A stretch of DNA of 64,000 nt from a virus: the IMG/VR virus record IMGVR_UViG_3300045988_087221; one strand, given 5' to 3'. The notes below the pieces were generated by a model. That model had not been told where the DNA came from and did no database searches. It worked only from the letters and a program-made list of their open reading frames with translations. Numbering within the stretch: position 1 is the stretch's first letter; each line of letters begins with the position of its first letter. Positions 49,060 through 57,690 of the stretch are shown piece by piece. The position numbers and the translations under genes are program-made.

Positions 49060-49251
49060 TTATTTATTAATTACTCTGATATTACTATTACCCCAAGGGC
49101 TATCTCCATACTTATGACTAGGTGCATTCTCTGTATTATACCAATAAGCATCAACTCCTAAGTCTTTCTCTTTATCTACTATTTCTTGTACTGGGCAAAA
49201 ATCATTTGGATTTTCTACATAGTACTCAAAAGTTTCGATAATTTTATACAT
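49060..49251 (-). CDS. Hypothetical protein (63 aa), short paralog of 48668..49057
   Basis: Intact ORF. It shares an N-terminal motif and a PWG motif with the downstream neighbour. Confidence 0.6.
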   Translation of the reverse strand: MYKIIETFEYYVENPNDFCPVQEIVDKEKDLGVDAYWYNTENAPSHKYGDSPWGNSNIRVINK

Positions 49252-49484
49252 TATACTAAGATGCTTTTAAGATTACCTACAAATTTATTTGCCTGAGCCT
49301 TAATATTCTCGATGTCTTTAATTTCAGACTGAATCTTCTTTACTTCCTCTTCTTTTTCTGAAATCTTATCATTCATTTTGGAGATTAAAGTGACTGCCTT
49401 ATCGTGAGCAGTCTGAAAAGAAGACTGAATATTATTCAACTTAGAGCTAAAAGAAAGACCAAACAAATTCTGTAATGAGTTCAT
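49251..49484 (-). CDS. Hypothetical coiled-coil protein (77 aa)
   Basis: Intact ORF with a heptad-like charged sequence. It is preceded by a 59-nt AT-rich gap. Confidence 0.6.
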   Translation of the reverse strand: MNSLQNLFGLSFSSKLNNIQSSFQTAHDKAVTLISKMNDKISEKEEEVKKIQSEIKDIENIKAQANKFVGNLKSILV

Positions 49485-49543
49485 ATAACAATATTTTTTA
49501 AAAATAAATAATTGATCTAATTAATACTAATCTAAATATTTAA

Positions 49544-50149
49544 TTATTCATAAGTTACTTTTATTGTATCCAGTACATAATTATGATAATACTCCTCTAA
49601 CTTAGGTATAATTTCATTTAAAAGAGTTGACTTATGATTAAATGCCCAGTTATAATTAGGAATTTCCTCTATAGGCAACCACTTAATTCCATCAACTTCA
49701 TCTTTCTCTCCACCTTCTTGGAGTTTACCAATATGTTTTCTAAGACTTAGGATACATAAATGTCTTAAAGTAACATTACCTTTATTACACTTTTTAGGGT
49801 CAGTCTCCACGTTAATTAATGCAAAAGCTTCTGAAGGAATACTAACTCCACATTCCTCGGCAACTTCTCTAGAACATGCTTCAGTAGCAGATTCTCCACC
49901 ATCTAAGTATCCACATGGCATATTCCATTTACCTTGGTCATCAGGAGTGCCTTTACCTCTTTTATTAATTAATACATACCATTTACCATCTTTTTCTTTA
50001 GCTAATACTACACAACTAACTGCACAATATCTACCACTCCAAAGAGTTTCTCCCTTATGGGGACCCTCTGGAATAGTATAAGAATAAGATTTTTCTATTT
50101 TACCTATTTGATTCATTTGCTTAAAATTAATGAAATTTTCTCGAGACAC
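49544..50149 (-). CDS. Nudix hydrolase
   Basis: Nudix box GGYLDGGESATEACSREVAEECGV (G-x5-E-x7-REUxEExGU). The true start may be ATG 50116, which forms an ATGA junction with the upstream read-through ORF. Confidence 0.85.
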   Translation of the reverse strand: MSRENFINFKQMNQIGKIEKSYSYTIPEGPHKGETLWSGRYCAVSCVVLAKEKDGKWYVLINKRGKGTPDDQGKWNMPCGYLDGGESATEACSREVAEECGVSIPSEAFALINVETDPKKCNKGNVTLRHLCILSLRKHIGKLQEGGEKDEVDGIKWLPIEEIPNYNWAFNHKSTLLNEIIPKLEEYYHNYVLDTIKVTYE

Positions 50150-50277
50150 TTATTACATATATATTTCTTTTCATTAAGTGTCTAATACCGAGTATAATAC
50201 TCTATTATTCCTACTTGCCTATCTAAATCTATAGTAGAGCCACAGAAATCACAAGTATAACTAATGTTTTTACCCAT
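50113..50277 (-). CDS. Small four-Cys zinc-ribbon protein (54 aa), requires read-through of TAG at 50182..50184
   Basis: Translates as MGKNISYTCDFCGSTIDLDRQVGIIEYYTRY-[TAG]-TLNEKKYICNKCLEKISLILSK. CxxC...CxxC is complete only with read-through. It ends in the ATGA overlap at 50113..50116. Confidence 0.5.
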
Positions 50278-50787
50278 TTACTTATAATATTTATATAATG
50301 AAGTTACATTAGGGTCTTTACCACCATCATAAATACACACAGTCTGAATGATTTTACAACCTTGACGAATTTCTTTGAGAGCTTCTTCTATTTTATTTCT
50401 AGTAGTACCTGAATAAAAAGAGTCATCAAATAAAATAAAATCATCAACATCTATTTGATTAACTAATATTTGTGCTTTAATGTCTTCTTGTCGTAATCCT
50501 CCATTAACTAATATTACTTGTTCAAAGGTTTTACGTATCTCATAAGGCATGTAATTAAATACTGCTCTTCCGAAAGCACCTGTGAGAATCAGACCATTCC
50601 AACCAAATGTAGGAATGCCTCTATTTACCCACAGATGCTCGTCATAACACCATTGAACCAACTTATCCCAAGCAGCATCAATAATACTCTTGTGTCCTCG
50701 AATCATATCATCTAAGTGATTAAAGAAATCTTCACCACTAGGATGATTTTTAAGAATCTCTTCTACTTTTTTATCTAAGAAGTTCAT
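50278..50787 (-). CDS. Phosphoribosyltransferase-like protein (169 aa)
   Basis: DVDDFILFDDSFYSGTTRNKI resembles the type I PRTase PRPP-binding loop (hydrophobic run, DD, then TG-T). Recognised by eye only. Confidence 0.6.
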   Translation of the reverse strand: MNFLDKKVEEILKNHPSGEDFFNHLDDMIRGHKSIIDAAWDKLVQWCYDEHLWVNRGIPTFGWNGLILTGAFGRAVFNYMPYEIRKTFEQVILVNGGLRQEDIKAQILVNQIDVDDFILFDDSFYSGTTRNKIEEALKEIRQGCKIIQTVCIYDGGKDPNVTSLYKYYK

Positions 50788-50789
50788 AT

Positions 50790-51029
50790 TTACTTTCTTC
50801 CTAATCTAATTAATTCATAAAACTTTTTGTCTAATTTTAAATTGGCAATTTTATCTGTTAAGGTTCCAAAGACACAGCATAACTCCAAAAAACATACTGT
50901 GGTATTAATTACAGGACAAAATACAATAGCTAGTGTTCCAGGTCTTTCAAGGAAAAACGCATCATCATATCTAACTGAAAGAATTACTCCTATAATTGAT
51001 ATTACATATATGCCAACTATAAACTCCAT
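50790..51029 (-). CDS. Small membrane protein (79 aa)
   Basis: Two hydrophobic helices (FIVGIYVISIIGVILSV and LAIVFCPVINTTVCFLELCCVF). It is on the same strand as, and tightly packed with, its neighbours. Confidence 0.55.
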   Translation of the reverse strand: MEFIVGIYVISIIGVILSVRYDDAFFLERPGTLAIVFCPVINTTVCFLELCCVFGTLTDKIANLKLDKKFYELIRLGRK

Positions 51030-51039
51030 ATTTTAGATT

Positions 51040-51930
51040 TCATCTTGAAAAGTAAACTAATCCATTGAACTTTTCATGCATCGGCTTAGCTATTTCTTGA
51101 GCCATTGGATGGGCATCAGGAGCATCTCTTCTCTTAAAGAAGTTTTCCCAAGCATCTTTAAATCCACAAGAGATAAGCTCAGACTTAATACCTAGAGGAA
51201 GTATAGAACGAGCCTGCTGAGGTGTCCATCCTTCAGATAAAAGAAAGAAATAGTAATATTCTGCATATTGAAGAGCGTCAATAAGTCCTGATTCCGTTGC
51301 TCCCATACGAGGTAGCCTATCAGGAATATAATCTGGCGTACCATAGTCTCCTTCAGGAATATTACACCAGCATGGTTTAATAAAGGTAATCTCATTGCCA
51401 AATTTATCTTTAGAATAATTACAATAACGAGTACTTTCAGCTAAATGAGACAATCCTACATGAGTTCTGAACTCGTCCATAACTCCACGGTCAAGAACCA
51501 TATGAGCTGTGTATCTTTTATAATGATATTCAGTAGGTTCACAAAGATACTTTAAATCTTCTTCTAGATGATTTTCTACTATAACCCTATAATTAGTGGT
51601 GACATAAATAGTATTCCAGAGTTTTCCATCTATTCTAGTACTACCATTTCCAAAACTAAATTTACTCCAGGGACTATAAGTATATTTGTCAAGCCACGCC
51701 ATATTATCTTCTTTTTGAGCAGTTCTAGATAAATAAACGGTGCCAAACTCAAGAGGTCTATCATGTCCTCTAGATTCTAGCATATTTACAAACTTCTCAT
51801 AAGAAGTATCTGTAATTTTATCTTCGCTTTTATAACTTACTCGTGCACATCTTTCAATATGCTTCTTGATTCCCACCAAAGAGAAATCTGTTTGATTGAT
51901 AAATTCAAATGACTGTTTAATTAACTTCAT
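51040..51930 (-). CDS. thyX: Flavin-dependent thymidylate synthase ThyX
   Basis: CARVSYKS, GHDRPLEFGTVYL, the ThyX-type signature FRTHVGLSHLAESTRY (RHR-x7-S-like), and a C-terminal RRDAPDAHPMAQEI. Confidence 0.8.
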   Translation of the reverse strand: MKLIKQSFEFINQTDFSLVGIKKHIERCARVSYKSEDKITDTSYEKFVNMLESRGHDRPLEFGTVYLSRTAQKEDNMAWLDKYTYSPWSKFSFGNGSTRIDGKLWNTIYVTTNYRVIVENHLEEDLKYLCEPTEYHYKRYTAHMVLDRGVMDEFRTHVGLSHLAESTRYCNYSKDKFGNEITFIKPCWCNIPEGDYGTPDYIPDRLPRMGATESGLIDALQYAEYYYFFLLSEGWTPQQARSILPLGIKSELISCGFKDAWENFFKRRDAPDAHPMAQEIAKPMHEKFNGLVYFSR

Positions 51931-51931
51931 A

Positions 51932-52348
51932 TCAAGATTGATTATTTAATTTATACACTAATTCAGAAACAGAAGCTTTTAGACTTGTATTTTGCTTAGT
52001 CAAAGCTTCTATCTCTTTCTGTAATTCAAGTATTTTAACTTTGGCTTTAGCTAAATCAAAGTCTTCTGGAACTTCAAGTTTAGATGCTTTAATCAAAGCA
52101 CTCAAGTTAGTTATAGTTTGCTTCTGAGATTGTATTTTGCCTCGTAACTTAAATTCTGGATCAGTTTCATCTATCCAAGATTCTAGTTCTCCAAGACGTT
52201 GCATAGCTTTACTATAATAAACTTTTCGATTAGCATCATACTTCTTAAAGTTATCAACTTTATGTTCTAAACTTTGAATTGTACTCTTTAATCTACCAAC
52301 GTATACTCTAACTGGATCTAGCAGTAGAGGATTCATTGATTTTACCAT
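51932..52348 (-). CDS. Hypothetical coiled-coil protein (138 aa)
   Basis: Intact ORF with heptad-rich sequence. It overlaps the downstream gene by 7 nt. Confidence 0.65.
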   Translation of the reverse strand: MVKSMNPLLLDPVRVYVGRLKSTIQSLEHKVDNFKKYDANRKVYYSKAMQRLGELESWIDETDPEFKLRGKIQSQKQTITNLSALIKASKLEVPEDFDLAKAKVKILELQKEIEALTKQNTSLKASVSELVYKLNNQS

Positions 52349-52722
52349 AATCCTATTGTCTTTCCTACTTCATTATCTATTAAACAATACTGAGAACCAT
52401 CAGACAATGTTTGAATAAATTTCTTACAATGTTCAACAATTTCAGCTTCTTTTTTAACACCGACAATTTGTCCTGTTCTATAAGGGTCTGCTTTAGTAGA
52501 TTTAGAAGCATCTATACCTACAAAAAATACAGCTTTATCCTTATAGGCAGCACACTCTTTACAAGCATGGTCAGCATATCCAATAGCTTTATCGTGTAAC
52601 TTCTCTACTTCTTTAGCATTTTCTTCTGTAAGTAGAGAGTTCATAATAATTCCATTATCAGCTTCCTTACCGCAAATTGGACACAAATATTTAACTATTG
52701 AGACTCCTAATTTATCAGGCAT
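52342..52722 (-). CDS. Zinc-ribbon-containing protein (126 aa)
   Basis: CPICGKE ... HACKECAAY (CxxC ... CxxC). Confidence 0.65.
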   Translation of the reverse strand: MPDKLGVSIVKYLCPICGKEADNGIIMNSLLTEENAKEVEKLHDKAIGYADHACKECAAYKDKAVFFVGIDASKSTKADPYRTGQIVGVKKEAEIVEHCKKFIQTLSDGSQYCLIDNEVGKTIGLW

Positions 52723-53029
52723 TTCCTATAATTTCATAATTCATAAAATTTTGATCTTTATATTTAATTAAATTATCTAATTGCCAACAAGTACAAGGTT
52801 CTATTTCAGGATACATATAACTAGGAACTACAGCTATTTCTCTAGCACATCCCCAACAATATCTTCTAGAACATCCCCAATACTTTGTTGGATTATCTTC
52901 TTTAAGCTCTAATTCTGGAGTATCATAAAATATATGTAACTTACCCTTATGTTTCTGACCATAATCATCATTAGGGTAATCATACGTTATATAATCAGAA
53001 TCTCTAGCTATCCATAATTTCTTACTCAT
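52715..53029 (-). CDS. Hypothetical Cys/Trp-rich protein (104 aa)
   Basis: Intact ORF that overlaps both neighbours. Confidence 0.65.
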   Translation of the reverse strand: MSKKLWIARDSDYITYDYPNDDYGQKHKGKLHIFYDTPELELKEDNPTKYWGCSRRYCWGCAREIAVVPSYMYPEIEPCTCWQLDNLIKYKDQNFMNYEIIGNA

Positions 53030-53630
53030 TTGAATAATAGAGAACTGTTGGATTATCCTTATGTATATCTATATTATCTAAATTAGCTATAGCCAGTTTC
53101 TGTTTAAACTGTTCTAAATCAAATGGATCTGTTATAACATGAATACCATTCACAGTTTTAATGAATGTATTTACTTTGACACCATCCGGTCTGCATCTAT
53201 AAATTATTTCTAGATACTTATTTATGAGACTCCAATCCTTAGTATCAAAGTCTAATATCCATTTTGATTTATATCTATTACATCTTTTAATGCCAATAGC
53301 TTTAGATACGCATTTAAATAATTTATGAGTCCCTAGTTCTATAGCCTCTAGAGCTTCTCTGATTATTTCATATTGTACCTCTTTACAATTTCTAGGGTTT
53401 ATCCAAAAATAAGCTCTAGCATTGAAAGTCTTACACAAAGTAGTAATTTCATCCTTCTTAGATAAGAAAGTTTCTTTATCAAAGAAATGATAATCTTTAA
53501 TAACATAGCCACTACTACTTACGTTGTTTTTTTCTTTATTTCTTTGCATTACTTGTACAAAGAAAAAATCTCCTTGGTCTGAGAGATTATCAAACCAAGG
53601 AGTAAATGCATTAAAATTATCTATCGTCAT
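53022..53630 (-). CDS. Hypothetical protein (202 aa) with a possible AEP (primase-polymerase)-like motif order
   Basis: The CDS itself is secure. WILDFDTKD (DxD), TVNGIHVIT (G-x-H) and NIDIHKDNP appear in the order of AEP motifs I to III. This is weak, by-eye evidence. Confidence 0.65.
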   Translation of the reverse strand: MTIDNFNAFTPWFDNLSDQGDFFFVQVMQRNKEKNNVSSSGYVIKDYHFFDKETFLSKKDEITTLCKTFNARAYFWINPRNCKEVQYEIIREALEAIELGTHKLFKCVSKAIGIKRCNRYKSKWILDFDTKDWSLINKYLEIIYRCRPDGVKVNTFIKTVNGIHVITDPFDLEQFKQKLAIANLDNIDIHKDNPTVLYYSNE

Positions 53631-53634
53631 TTAA

Positions 53635-53928
53635 TTACAAATAAAAGTAATTTTTACCTAAACACCATAAATTGTATGTAATTAATTGATCTAATTTATT
53701 ACTATTTTTTAGCCAATTAAATAATACGATACGCTCTTCTTGAGATAGACTTAAACAAAATGTGTTGCCACAAGGTTTTGGAGCATTACTTACTAATAAG
53801 CATATTTTGCCTCGAATTGCCTCAATTACTGCTTCTTCATTTTCTATCTCTATTTTATTACCCTCTGTAGGTGTATTATAAAGTAATTCTTTTGCGTTTT
53901 TATAAATTTCTGTTACTATAACCTCCAT
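53635..53928 (-). CDS. Hypothetical protein (97 aa)
   Basis: Intact ORF, tightly packed. Confidence 0.6.
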   Translation of the reverse strand: MEVIVTEIYKNAKELLYNTPTEGNKIEIENEEAVIEAIRGKICLLVSNAPKPCGNTFCLSLSQEERIVLFNWLKNSNKLDQLITYNLWCLGKNYFYL

Positions 53929-53930
53929 AA

Positions 53931-54365
53931 TTAATTACCATTTAAAGGATACATATCTTTATAATTGTTATAAAAACCTTTAATAACTTTTTCTGTGACT
54001 TGTAAATCTCTATTTTTATCGCGCTCAATACATACAGATAAAGGAGTGTCAAAGAAGTCTTTGTATTCTATTTCGTAATCTTCAAAAGTTTTAATTAAAC
54101 GGTCAAACTTCTCTAAGACTTTTTTATTTAAATTAGTATTGTCAATAACTACATCAAATTTTCTACATAATGCTTCAACTATTGCATCAAATTGTATCTC
54201 TTGTACTAATTTTTCTCTACTAGGAACCCAATACTTACCCAACATAAGACGAATATCATCTTGATTAATTCTAACTCTATGTTCAGGGTCTTCAAGAACC
54301 CATTGCTTAGCCCAAGTACTTTTACCTGAAGCAGGAAGTCCTCTACAAATAATAAATTTACTCAT
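53931..54365 (-). CDS. Polynucleotide 5'-kinase-like P-loop protein (144 aa)
   Basis: P-loop GLPASGKST, then RINQDDIR and VVIDNTNL. This is the pattern of the T4 Pnk kinase domain / AAA_33 kinases. Confidence 0.7.
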   Translation of the reverse strand: MSKFIICRGLPASGKSTWAKQWVLEDPEHRVRINQDDIRLMLGKYWVPSREKLVQEIQFDAIVEALCRKFDVVIDNTNLNKKVLEKFDRLIKTFEDYEIEYKDFFDTPLSVCIERDKNRDLQVTEKVIKGFYNNYKDMYPLNGN

Positions 54366-54546
54366 TTTCTTCTACAATAATGTTTGGTTCGCCTTCTAAT
54401 TGGATATCATCTAAATCTGTATATACAGCATCTATATCTCCAATTCTAGCTTGTTCGATAGCCTCTTCTCTTGATTCTGCATCTACCTCATATGTAAGAT
54501 ATCTCTTGCCTTTACATTTATACACCATATTTACTAAATATCTCAT
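54358..54546 (-). CDS. Hypothetical protein (62 aa)
   Basis: Intact ORF that overlaps the downstream gene. Confidence 0.6.
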   Translation of the reverse strand: MRYLVNMVYKCKGKRYLTYEVDAESREEAIEQARIGDIDAVYTDLDDIQLEGEPNIIVEENE

Positions 54547-54677
54547 ACTATACTAGCAAAGATTAAAAATAGTATCATTAATACAATTGTAAACATACTT
54601 ACAATTATACCTTTCTCATAAAAATATGCATCTTTCCAGTTTTTATTCCATCCAATATTATTAGCTAATTTAATCAT
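54543..54677 (-). CDS. Small single-pass membrane protein (44 aa), below the ORF-track cutoff
   Basis: Translates as MIKLANNIGWNKNWKDAYFYEKGIIVSMFTIVLMILFLIFASIV. It has a TAATG junction upstream and an ATGA junction downstream, so it fills the gap exactly. Confidence 0.45.
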   Translation of the reverse strand: MIKLANNIGWNKNWKDAYFYEKGIIVSMFTIVLMILFLIFASIV

Positions 54678-54910
54678 TAAATATTCTTTAGAATTTCAGT
54701 TATAAGTTTCTTTGTATCTTCTACTGCTTGTGCAATAGTTTCTTCATCTAAAGTAATATCTGATTCAAAATCTTCTAGTAATCTCTCTGTTATACGGTCC
54801 TTAAACAATTCAGGAGTTCGAACATCTTCGTCTAGATAATCTAGAAATGCTAATTCTAAACTTTTTTTATAATCAGATTCGTCAATTTCAATTGTTCCTT
54901 TTAATTTCAT
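54677..54910 (-). CDS. Small acidic protein (77 aa)
   Basis: Intact ORF, rich in Asp/Glu. Confidence 0.6.
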   Translation of the reverse strand: MKLKGTIEIDESDYKKSLELAFLDYLDEDVRTPELFKDRITERLLEDFESDITLDEETIAQAVEDTKKLITEILKNI

Positions 54911-54923
54911 AATTATTTAATTA

Positions 54924-57110
54924 TTAGTGAACCCAATGGTCATTTATATCTATATCTGCTCCTAAAAATACATTAGGACAGAATGGTTTACCCCCAGCTA
55001 TCATACAATCAATAAGTACTTTACCTATTTGTTCTTTAATTGCTGTTGGACACTCTAGATTAAATTCATCATGAGCTGGCACACACATCTTTACCTTATC
55101 TATTAACTTATGATCCACAATCCAATTAAATAATTTAATAGAAGATAGTTTAAAACACATTGCTCCTCTATTTTGTATTCTATAATTAATAGATTGTTTC
55201 TCAGAAGCTGCTTTACGCTGCATATAATGTCTTACTTCCTGTACAATTTCATCCTGTGGATTACGTTTTCTTACATTCTGATAATACTCCCAAAATCCAG
55301 GTTCCTGCATTTTATTATGTGTCTCTTTTAACTCTTCAGCATCATAAATATGTGCTCTATGTCCAGTGAGAGGATTAAGTAATATATAACCATCCCTCAT
55401 AACAGCTGCTCTACAATAGTCTTGGTATCTTTTTATTCCTGGAAAACCTTCCATAAAATTATCATAAATTTCTTTGGCTTCTTCTACAGGAATACCATCA
55501 TTCTTAGATATAGTATTATAGTCTCCTCCATAATTAATAGCAAACTCGATAGATTTAGCCTTCTGTCTCCAATTATGATAGAGCTTCTTTATATCCTCAA
55601 TCTTAGTGTCTCTTGGAATTATATTAGGATAACTCATGTAGGCTACCAAAGAATGAACATCGCCACAACCATGTTCAAATAAGTCTATCATCTTCTCATC
55701 CTTAGAAACAGATGCAATAATACGAGATTCCTGACTTTGATAATCAGCAGATAACCAAGCATTACCTTCCTCAGATGTAAAGCATGCTCTAGTTTCTGGA
55801 TCGTGGGGTAGATTTTGCATATTCAGTTTCCAAACACCTCCACCAGAGCTAACTCTTGCTGTGTCAGTACCTATAGAATGAAAATCTGCATGTATTCTAC
55901 CTGTTTTAGGATTAATTGCATTTAACCAGTTTTGTCCATAGGTAGATACGACTTTAGCAGCTTCTTGATACTCCAAAAATATAGGAATAATTGGAAAATC
56001 ATTCTTTTGAGGCTTTAAAACATTTGCTTCAATAGACTTCTTTTTCTGTTTAGTCTTTTTGTCAAATGTCTCTACATTAATTCCAAGTAACTCAAATAGA
56101 GGTATTACCTGTTTTTGACTACTCCAATTTATCACACATTTAGGTTCAGTATCAAATCCTGTAAATAAGTCACCTTGAGTGTCAATTCGTGTAAATTGAT
56201 TCTTAATTACCTTCTTATAGGCATCAACCTTACCATCAGGAGTTTGTAAGTCTTCCTGAGGAAATCTTTTATATCCATCCTTAGTCAGTCTCTTTACCTC
56301 AGCAGGATAATCTGCAGAATATTTAGGATATTTAAGTTCAGGATATTGAATATCATAGCCATTATGAGGATTTTCTTTATCCCAAGCTACTACCCAAGCA
56401 TTTAATTCTGAAATAGCCTTATCAAGTTTAGCTTGGTCTTTAGTCATTTTAGCTTTCCACTTTGTAATATCGAGGTGAACCCCACAATATTTAAAGTAAG
56501 CAAGGGATTTAACAAATTCACATTCCAGCTCTACTGCGAGTTTCATGCCCTGTTTTTCCACTTCAATATCTTGTTTTTCTTTTATATCCTCTATATACGT
56601 AACATCCCCTGCTGCATAAATAACAACCTCAGTAGTTAAACCATCATTAACAATTTTACCTCGAACAGTCTTATCAATATTAATATTTAAATAATTCCAT
56701 GCAGCTGCCTTTAAGCTCTTTTCACGCATTTGAGCTGGATACCCTAGATATAAGAGCTGTTCTGCTATCATACCATCCCAAATATGTTTAGGATAGATAC
56801 CTTGAACATATAAAAAGGTTAAATCAAACATTAAATTCCATCCTAGAAACAATCTGTCTGATTCTAGGTAATTTTTAACTATTTGCTTTTCTCTTGGAGT
56901 TACAGTAGTCCAATCAATAACTACTTGATTATCTTTATTACCTAACTGTATAGTCAATAAAGCTTTAGTATGACAGTCAAGTCCCTTAGTTTCAGTATCT
57001 AATTGACATAATTTAAGAGGCAACAGAACAGACATTGCCTGCTCCATTGTTGCCTCTATATATTTATCAGTTTGAAATAAACTTTTATTATGACTAACTA
57101 AATAGATCAT
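54924..57110 (-). CDS. Family A DNA polymerase with 3'-5' exonuclease domain (728 aa)
   Basis: Exo motifs are LDTETKGLD, GWNLMFDLTFL and YAAGDVTY. Pol motifs are TDTARVSS...NMQNLP, SADYSQQESRI (motif A), RQKAKSIEFAINYGG (motif B) and VPAHDEF (motif C). Confidence 0.95.
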   Translation of the reverse strand: MIYLVSHNKSLFQTDKYIEATMEQAMSVLLPLKLCQLDTETKGLDCHTKALLTIQLGNKDNQVVIDWTTVTPREKQIVKNYLESDRLFLGWNLMFDLTFLYVQGIYPKHIWDGMIAEQLLYLGYPAQMREKSLKAAAWNYLNINIDKTVRGKIVNDGLTTEVVIYAAGDVTYIEDIKEKQDIEVEKQGMKLAVELECEFVKSLAYFKYCGVHLDITKWKAKMTKDQAKLDKAISELNAWVVAWDKENPHNGYDIQYPELKYPKYSADYPAEVKRLTKDGYKRFPQEDLQTPDGKVDAYKKVIKNQFTRIDTQGDLFTGFDTEPKCVINWSSQKQVIPLFELLGINVETFDKKTKQKKKSIEANVLKPQKNDFPIIPIFLEYQEAAKVVSTYGQNWLNAINPKTGRIHADFHSIGTDTARVSSGGGVWKLNMQNLPHDPETRACFTSEEGNAWLSADYQSQESRIIASVSKDEKMIDLFEHGCGDVHSLVAYMSYPNIIPRDTKIEDIKKLYHNWRQKAKSIEFAINYGGDYNTISKNDGIPVEEAKEIYDNFMEGFPGIKRYQDYCRAAVMRDGYILLNPLTGHRAHIYDAEELKETHNKMQEPGFWEYYQNVRKRNPQDEIVQEVRHYMQRKAASEKQSINYRIQNRGAMCFKLSSIKLFNWIVDHKLIDKVKMCVPAHDEFNLECPTAIKEQIGKVLIDCMIAGGKPFCPNVFLGADIDINDHWVH

Positions 57111-57370
57111 TGATAATCACAAATAGTTAAATTATTTAGAATTATATCTTCATTATCAATATTTAATTTATCTTTTATAGCTTTTTCTACGGCTTCTTTT
57201 AATTCTTCTTCGTTAATAACTAAATGTCTGCCTTCTTTATACTGAGGAATTGTAACATCTACAAAAGTACCCAATTCAACATTTACTTCTACGGTAATAT
57301 TTCTATCATTAGGTTCATTCCAAGGTGCACTTGGGTCATTATAAGCTCCTGCTGGATAGTTTTCTGTCAT
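57107..57370 (-). CDS. Hypothetical protein (87 aa)
   Basis: Intact ORF with ATGA overlaps on both sides. Confidence 0.65.
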   Translation of the reverse strand: MTENYPAGAYNDPSAPWNEPNDRNITVEVNVELGTFVDVTIPQYKEGRHLVINEEELKEAVEKAIKDKLNIDNEDIILNNLTICDYQ

Positions 57371-57690
57371 GCTAAATAATCATTTAACCACTCTACTCCA
57401 TATTCATCTATTACCTTTTCATCTATCTTTATAGCTTCAAGTTCTATATCCTCAAGCTGCTGTTCATACCAATCTTCAAATTGGTCCTCATCATCCTCGT
57501 CTATATCTGGACTATCTAAATAGCTGAATGAGTTAACACACTCATCTCTTAATTCATTTGCATAATCCAATTCTAATGTAGGATCTTCTTCACTCTCAAT
57601 CACCTCTTTTATTGAAGCATCACAAGCAACAGGATACTTAGCAATAACTAGCCACCAATTTCCATTAAGAAATTCTTCTTTAGATATCAT
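57367..57690 (-). CDS. Highly acidic protein (107 aa)
   Basis: Contains SPDIDEDDEDQFEDWYEQQLEDIELEAI. Intact ORF. Confidence 0.65.
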   Translation of the reverse strand: MISKEEFLNGNWWLVIAKYPVACDASIKEVIESEEDPTLELDYANELRDECVNSFSYLDSPDIDEDDEDQFEDWYEQQLEDIELEAIKIDEKVIDEYGVEWLNDYLA

